64,000 bases of DNA, from positions 22,544-86,543 of the forward strand of contig DATAJW010000013.1 in assembly GCA_036261925.1 (NCBI GenBank), written 5' to 3'. This DNA comes from Minisyncoccota bacterium. GTDB lineage: Bacteria; Patescibacteriota; Minisyncoccia; Phycocordibacterales; Phycocordibacteraceae. Of the stretch, positions 60,453 to 64,000 are shown one piece after another. The first letter of the stretch is position 1. Each line of letters starts with the position of its first letter. Made by a program: the position numbers and the translations under genes. The notes beneath the pieces are model-generated. The model did not search any database, was not told where the DNA came from, and was given only the letters and a program-made list of their open reading frames with translations.

Positions 60453-61595
60453 CTATTCGACGACCCGGCGGAGATGCGGCGGGACATGGACGAGCACCTC
60501 GTACGGGATGGTGCCGATACGTTCCGCTATGTTGGCGACCGAGTTCGGATGCTCGGGCGTCCGGCTGATCGCGATGACCCGGTCGCCCTGCGCGACGCCG
60601 CCCGCTCCGGTGATGTCGAGCGTGGTCATGTTCATGGAAACGCGTCCGGCGATGGGGCAGTCCTCCTCCCGGATGCGCATGCTGCCGGCGCTCGAGAGGC
60701 GTCGGTCGATGCCTTCGTAGTAGCCGACCGGGACGGTCGCGATGCGTGACGGCTGCCCGGCGATGAACGTCGCGTTATACCCGACGGCGTCGCCTGCGGG
60801 AATATCCCTGATGCTTGTCACGAGCGAGCGCAGCTCGAGCACCGGCTTCACTGCCGATTTCCCGCCGGGCGCGGTATCGAACCCGTAGAGGCCGATGCCG
60901 ACGCGCGCGACGTTCGCGCGGCATTCGGCGGAGAAACGCACGCCCTTGGTGGCGGCTATGTGCCGGAACTCGAGCGCCGGATAGGCGGCTTCGACGAGCG
61001 CGAGGGTCTCCATCCAGGCGGCGAGCTGCGTGCGGCTGAACGCTTCGTCCTCGCTATCGGCGTCGGCCAGATGGGTGGCGATGCCGACGACCTTCGCATG
61101 CGGACTCTTCTTGAGCGCTTCGAGCGCGCGCGGAAGGTGCGCTCTCGTGATGCCTTGGCGGTGCATGCCGGTATCCACCTTTACGTGAAGCCGGACATCA
61201 TGCGTAAGGAGCGGCAGGAGCTCGGCAAGCTGCTCTCGGTCGGTGAGCGCGAAATCGACGTGCGCCAGCCGCGAGCGCGCCATATCGCGCGGCCGCACGT
61301 AGCCCATGACGACGACGCGCGAGCGTATGCCGGCCTGGCGCAGGCGGTGCGCCTCGTACAAGGAATCCACCATGAAGAACGCTATATCCTCCGTGTCGAG
61401 GAGACGCGCGATCAAGCCGAGGTCGTGGCCGTACGCGTTCGACTTGAGGACGGGCGCTATGCGGACGCCCGGATGCCGCTCCTGGTACATGCGCAGGTTA
61501 TGGAGCAGGTTCGCGCGCGAAATGGATACCTCGACCAAGGGCGCATAGCCCGAAAGCCGGCGCTCTAGCGTACGGAAGCGTTCGAGGATTCTCAT
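60453..61595 (-). CDS. alr: Alanine racemase
   Basis: VLKSNAYGH, HVKVDTGMHRQG, RVGIGLYG, VGY, GRVSMN, TIPYE; the ORF-track extension upstream runs through tRNA-Leu. Confidence 0.95.
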   Translation of the reverse strand: MRILERFRTLERRLSGYAPLVEVSISRANLLHNLRMYQERHPGVRIAPVLKSNAYGHDLGLIARLLDTEDIAFFMVDSLYEAHRLRQAGIRSRVVVMGYVRPRDMARSRLAHVDFALTDREQLAELLPLLTHDVRLHVKVDTGMHRQGITRAHLPRALEALKKSPHAKVVGIATHLADADSEDEAFSRTQLAAWMETLALVEAAYPALEFRHIAATKGVRFSAECRANVARVGIGLYGFDTAPGGKSAVKPVLELRSLVTSIRDIPAGDAVGYNATFIAGQPSRIATVPVGYYEGIDRRLSSAGSMRIREEDCPIAGRVSMNMTTLDITGAGGVAQGDRVIAISRTPEHPNSVANIAERIGTIPYEVLVHVPPHLRRVVE

Positions 61596-61682
61596 GGTAC
61601 CGGGGGCGGGACTCGAACCCGCACGGCATCGCTGCCAAGAGTGTTTAAGACTCTCATGTCTAACCAATTCCATCACCCCGGC
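61595..61682 (-). tRNA. tRNA-Leu(TAA)
   Basis: AGAGT-CT-TAA-AC-ACTCT, long variable arm, encoded CCA. Confidence 0.95.
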
Positions 61683-61709
61683 TTCGGGGTTATTTTTACC
61701 ATATGTCGG

Positions 61710-61781
61710 AGGCCCGAGCGGGAATCGAACCCGCGCATAACGCTTTTGCAGAGCGCCGTGTTACCGCTTCACCATCGGGCC
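61710..61781 (-). tRNA. tRNA-Cys(GCA)
   Basis: GGCCCGA/TCGGGCC, GCGCT-CT-GCA-AA-AGCGT, U73. Confidence 0.95.
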
Positions 61782-62492
61782 CTTCCTCTCCAATTCCGAA
61801 TCCAAATCCTTCAGTCTAAGCCCTCGGATATTGAAGTACTTCGTAAATATACCGTACTTTCTTTCAAGAGCTAATCCAACGAGTTCCGGCGTTGAATACA
61901 TAAGCTTGAAGAGTCGTATGCTATCGCGTGCGCCGTACCGCAGTTGGTATGTGCCCTTGCTGCTGCCATGAGCAAACAGTCCCTTGCCCGTTACGCCAGC
62001 TTCATGGACAAGACGTTCATGCATGGATGAAAGGAATGCGCGACTCCCAGAGGTGAAGATGCTCAACAGTCGCTTGGGGTTCCCGTTCGGTGCCCGTTCA
62101 ATGCATACGCACCCATCGCCATCGAAATAGCCGAGTACGAATGCGGGGAAGTAGAATAGCGGAATATGCGGCAATACCATCGTGAGTGATTTTGCAGGTG
62201 TCATACCGATTTCAATGAGCGCATCATATAAGGCATGGCTTCCGATTGAAAGACAGTAGGCCAGCTTACGATTCTCCGATCTATCCTCGACGCGTATCGT
62301 ATGCTGCGACTTCATGAGGTCGCGGATTAGAGCGATTCGATCCCTATCAGTGCTCAGCACCCGAACGTATTTGCCCCTGATATTCTGTGAATACTGCATG
62401 TTCCCATCCGCATATAGATATCCCAGCACGTATGCCATGGATACCGACCATGAATCGAAAAATGCTTCGTCTACGGGAGTTTTCTTACCCAT
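61761..62492 (-). CDS. Free-standing two-motif LAGLIDADG homing endonuclease-like protein
   Basis: MAYVLGYLYADG and AFVLGYFDGDG; G.TP.KS; F.SGS; LERK; lower GC. Confidence 0.85.
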   Translation of the reverse strand: MGKKTPVDEAFFDSWSVSMAYVLGYLYADGNMQYSQNIRGKYVRVLSTDRDRIALIRDLMKSQHTIRVEDRSENRKLAYCLSIGSHALYDALIEIGMTPAKSLTMVLPHIPLFYFPAFVLGYFDGDGCVCIERAPNGNPKRLLSIFTSGSRAFLSSMHERLVHEAGVTGKGLFAHGSSKGTYQLRYGARDSIRLFKLMYSTPELVGLALERKYGIFTKYFNIRGLRLKDLDSELERKGPMVKR

Positions 62493-62551
62493 ATTCCTAA
62501 TGATAAGGAATGTGGATAGATAAAAGCTGAAGAAAAAATAAGAAAGCTAAA

Positions 62552-62875
62552 CTAGCTCTCGCGGGAGATATCGTCGAGATGCTGGCGATTGCGCTCGCCG
62601 TGGTCTATCTCGAAGCGTATGAACGGGAGCCGCGAGAAGCGGGTGGTCTTCTTGAGCTCGTTGCGGAAGAGGTCCTTGTGGCGCATGAGGAAATTGATGG
62701 CCTGGTCGTCCTGGCCCTCGGGGAAGACGCTGACGAATATGGTCGCGTTCTTGCGGTCCTTGGAAAGATGCGCGCGCGTCGGCGTGATAAGGGTCTCGCG
62801 ACCCGCCTCGCGCGCGATGTAGCGGCCAGCGGCCTCTATGAGTATGGAAACGGCTCGGTTGTCGCGGTCGCTCAT
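62552..62875 (-). CDS. rbfA: Ribosome-binding factor A
   Basis: LIT.T...LS.D...A.IFVSV.P, LP.I.F..D; directly downstream of infB. Confidence 0.85.
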   Translation of the reverse strand: MSDRDNRAVSILIEAAGRYIAREAGRETLITPTRAHLSKDRKNATIFVSVFPEGQDDQAINFLMRHKDLFRNELKKTTRFSRLPFIRFEIDHGERNRQHLDDISRES

Positions 62876-62877
62876 GA

Positions 62878-64000
62878 CTATTTCTCTATCATGCGATAGG
62901 CGAAGAGCGTGTCGCCCGGGGCAGCCTCCGCCTTCCCGTCGATCTGCAGGCCGAACTCGCCCTCGACATGGATCTCCTTCACGTCGGCGCGCGCCACCTG
63001 GAGGTTCGTGAGCTTCGCGGTGCCGATAGGGAGGCCGCGACGGTCGACCTTCACCATATCGCCCACTTCAAGAGCGCCCGATATCCAGCGCGCGCCGAGC
63101 GTCTGCTTGGTGCCGGTCGCATTGAAGGCCTTGAGCACCTTCGCCTCGCCCGTTATCTCCTCGACGGTGATGCGCGGCGCGCTTGCCGCGACGAGCTTCT
63201 CGATGTGCTCCTTGAGGTCGTAGATGATGGAGAAGGTCTCGATAGCGACCTGGCTTCGGTCCGCGAGGTCGCGCGCGTTCGAGTCGGTGCCGACGTTGAA
63301 TGCGATGATGTTCGCGCCGCCGGCCATCGCGAGCTTCACGTCGCCTTCAGAGACCGCGCCGAGGCCCTCGCCGATGATGCGGACGACGACGCGCTCGTGC
63401 TCGACCTTCGCGAGCTCGTGCTTGATGGCTTCCACGCTGCCGGAGACGTCCGCCTTGAGGATGAGGGGGAGCAGCGCGGTGCCTTCGGGCAGCGCCGCGT
63501 CGCGCGCCTTCGGCGCGTCCGCCGCGATGGCCGCGGCGAGCTTCTCGGCCTCCTTCTTGTTCGCGACCGCGAGGAACGGGGTGCCTGCCGCTGGCAGCGC
63601 GTTCCATCCGGCGATACGGACCGGCTGGGAGGCCTTCGCATCCTTGATGCGGGTTCCCTTGAAGTCCTCGATGAAACGGATCGGCGCGATAGCGGTGCTC
63701 GCGATGGCGTAGGTGCCGGTCGCGAGGGTACCTTCCTTGAGGATGAGGGTCGCGGTCTGGCCCTGCCTTGGATCCTGCGAGGATTCGAGCACGTAGCCGG
63801 ATGCGGCGGCGTCCGGATCGTAGGTGAGTTCGGCGAGGTCCGCGGTGAGAAGCACGAGGTCGAGCAGCTCCGGAATGCCGTCGCCGGACTTCGAGGAGAC
63901 CGACGCATAGGGCACCGAGCCGCCGAGACCTTCGAGGTAGATGCCTGCCTCGATGACGCCCATCTTCACGCGCTCGAGGTCGGCGCCATTCTTGTCCATC
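62878..64000 (-). CDS. infB: Translation initiation factor IF-2 (5' part outside the window)
   Basis: E..GG.VP...VS.K.G.G, G.VLES..D...G, ILKADVSGSVEAI, G.VSE.DV, IIYDL. Confidence 0.95.
   Translation of the reverse strand, partial: MDKNGADLERVKMGVIEAGIYLEGLGGSVPYASVSSKSGDGIPELLDLVLLTADLAELTYDPDAAASGYVLESSQDPRQGQTATLILKEGTLATGTYAIASTAIAPIRFIEDFKGTRIKDAKASQPVRIAGWNALPAAGTPFLAVANKKEAEKLAAAIAADAPKARDAALPEGTALLPLILKADVSGSVEAIKHELAKVEHERVVVRIIGEGLGAVSEGDVKLAMAGGANIIAFNVGTDSNARDLADRSQVAIETFSIIYDLKEHIEKLVAASAPRITVEEITGEAKVLKAFNATGTKQTLGARWISGALEVGDMVKVDRRGLPIGTAKLTNLQVARADVKEIHVEGEFGLQIDGKAEAAPGDTLFAYRMIEK

Overview
This is a GC-rich chromosomal segment (roughly two-thirds GC by eye) of a small-genome bacterium using genetic code 11. 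Gene content and style point to Patescibacteria (CPR), most likely Parcubacteria. This placement is inferred from the TrbC/VirB2-like pilin array, short RpsA and ValRS, VLGAS-motif surface protein, degenerate HisRS paralog, absence of biosynthetic operons and SD-less starts. Core genes are rnj, secG, groES/EL, lemA, htpX, murJ, lepA, valS, tsaD, tsaC, nfi, trxB, ftsZ, ftsA, ybeY, rpsU, lepB, pth, rpsA, gyrA, alr, rbfA and partial infB. RNA genes are RNase P RNA, 11 intact tRNAs and a candidate 6S RNA. The most unusual signals are non-coding: (1) an intact tRNA-Leu(UAG) nested, inside its own flanking helix, within the anticodon arm of a second tRNA-Leu-like shell (60036-60260); (2) two tandem units that each start with the first 9 nt of tRNA-Phe, stacked in front of the real tRNA; (3) a four-helix-bundle gene bounded by TAGCCACTAG-type inverted repeats, with three empty copies of the same ends elsewhere; (4) two further families of covarying hairpin elements just behind stop codons of housekeeping genes, plus an in-frame palindrome pair inside tsaD; (5) two CDS whose ATG lies exactly 2 nt after a tRNA discriminator; (6) two apparent expression grammars, leaderless core genes versus orphan genes with strong Shine-Dalgarno motifs. 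All calls were made by eye from the sequence and ORF track; no searches were run.
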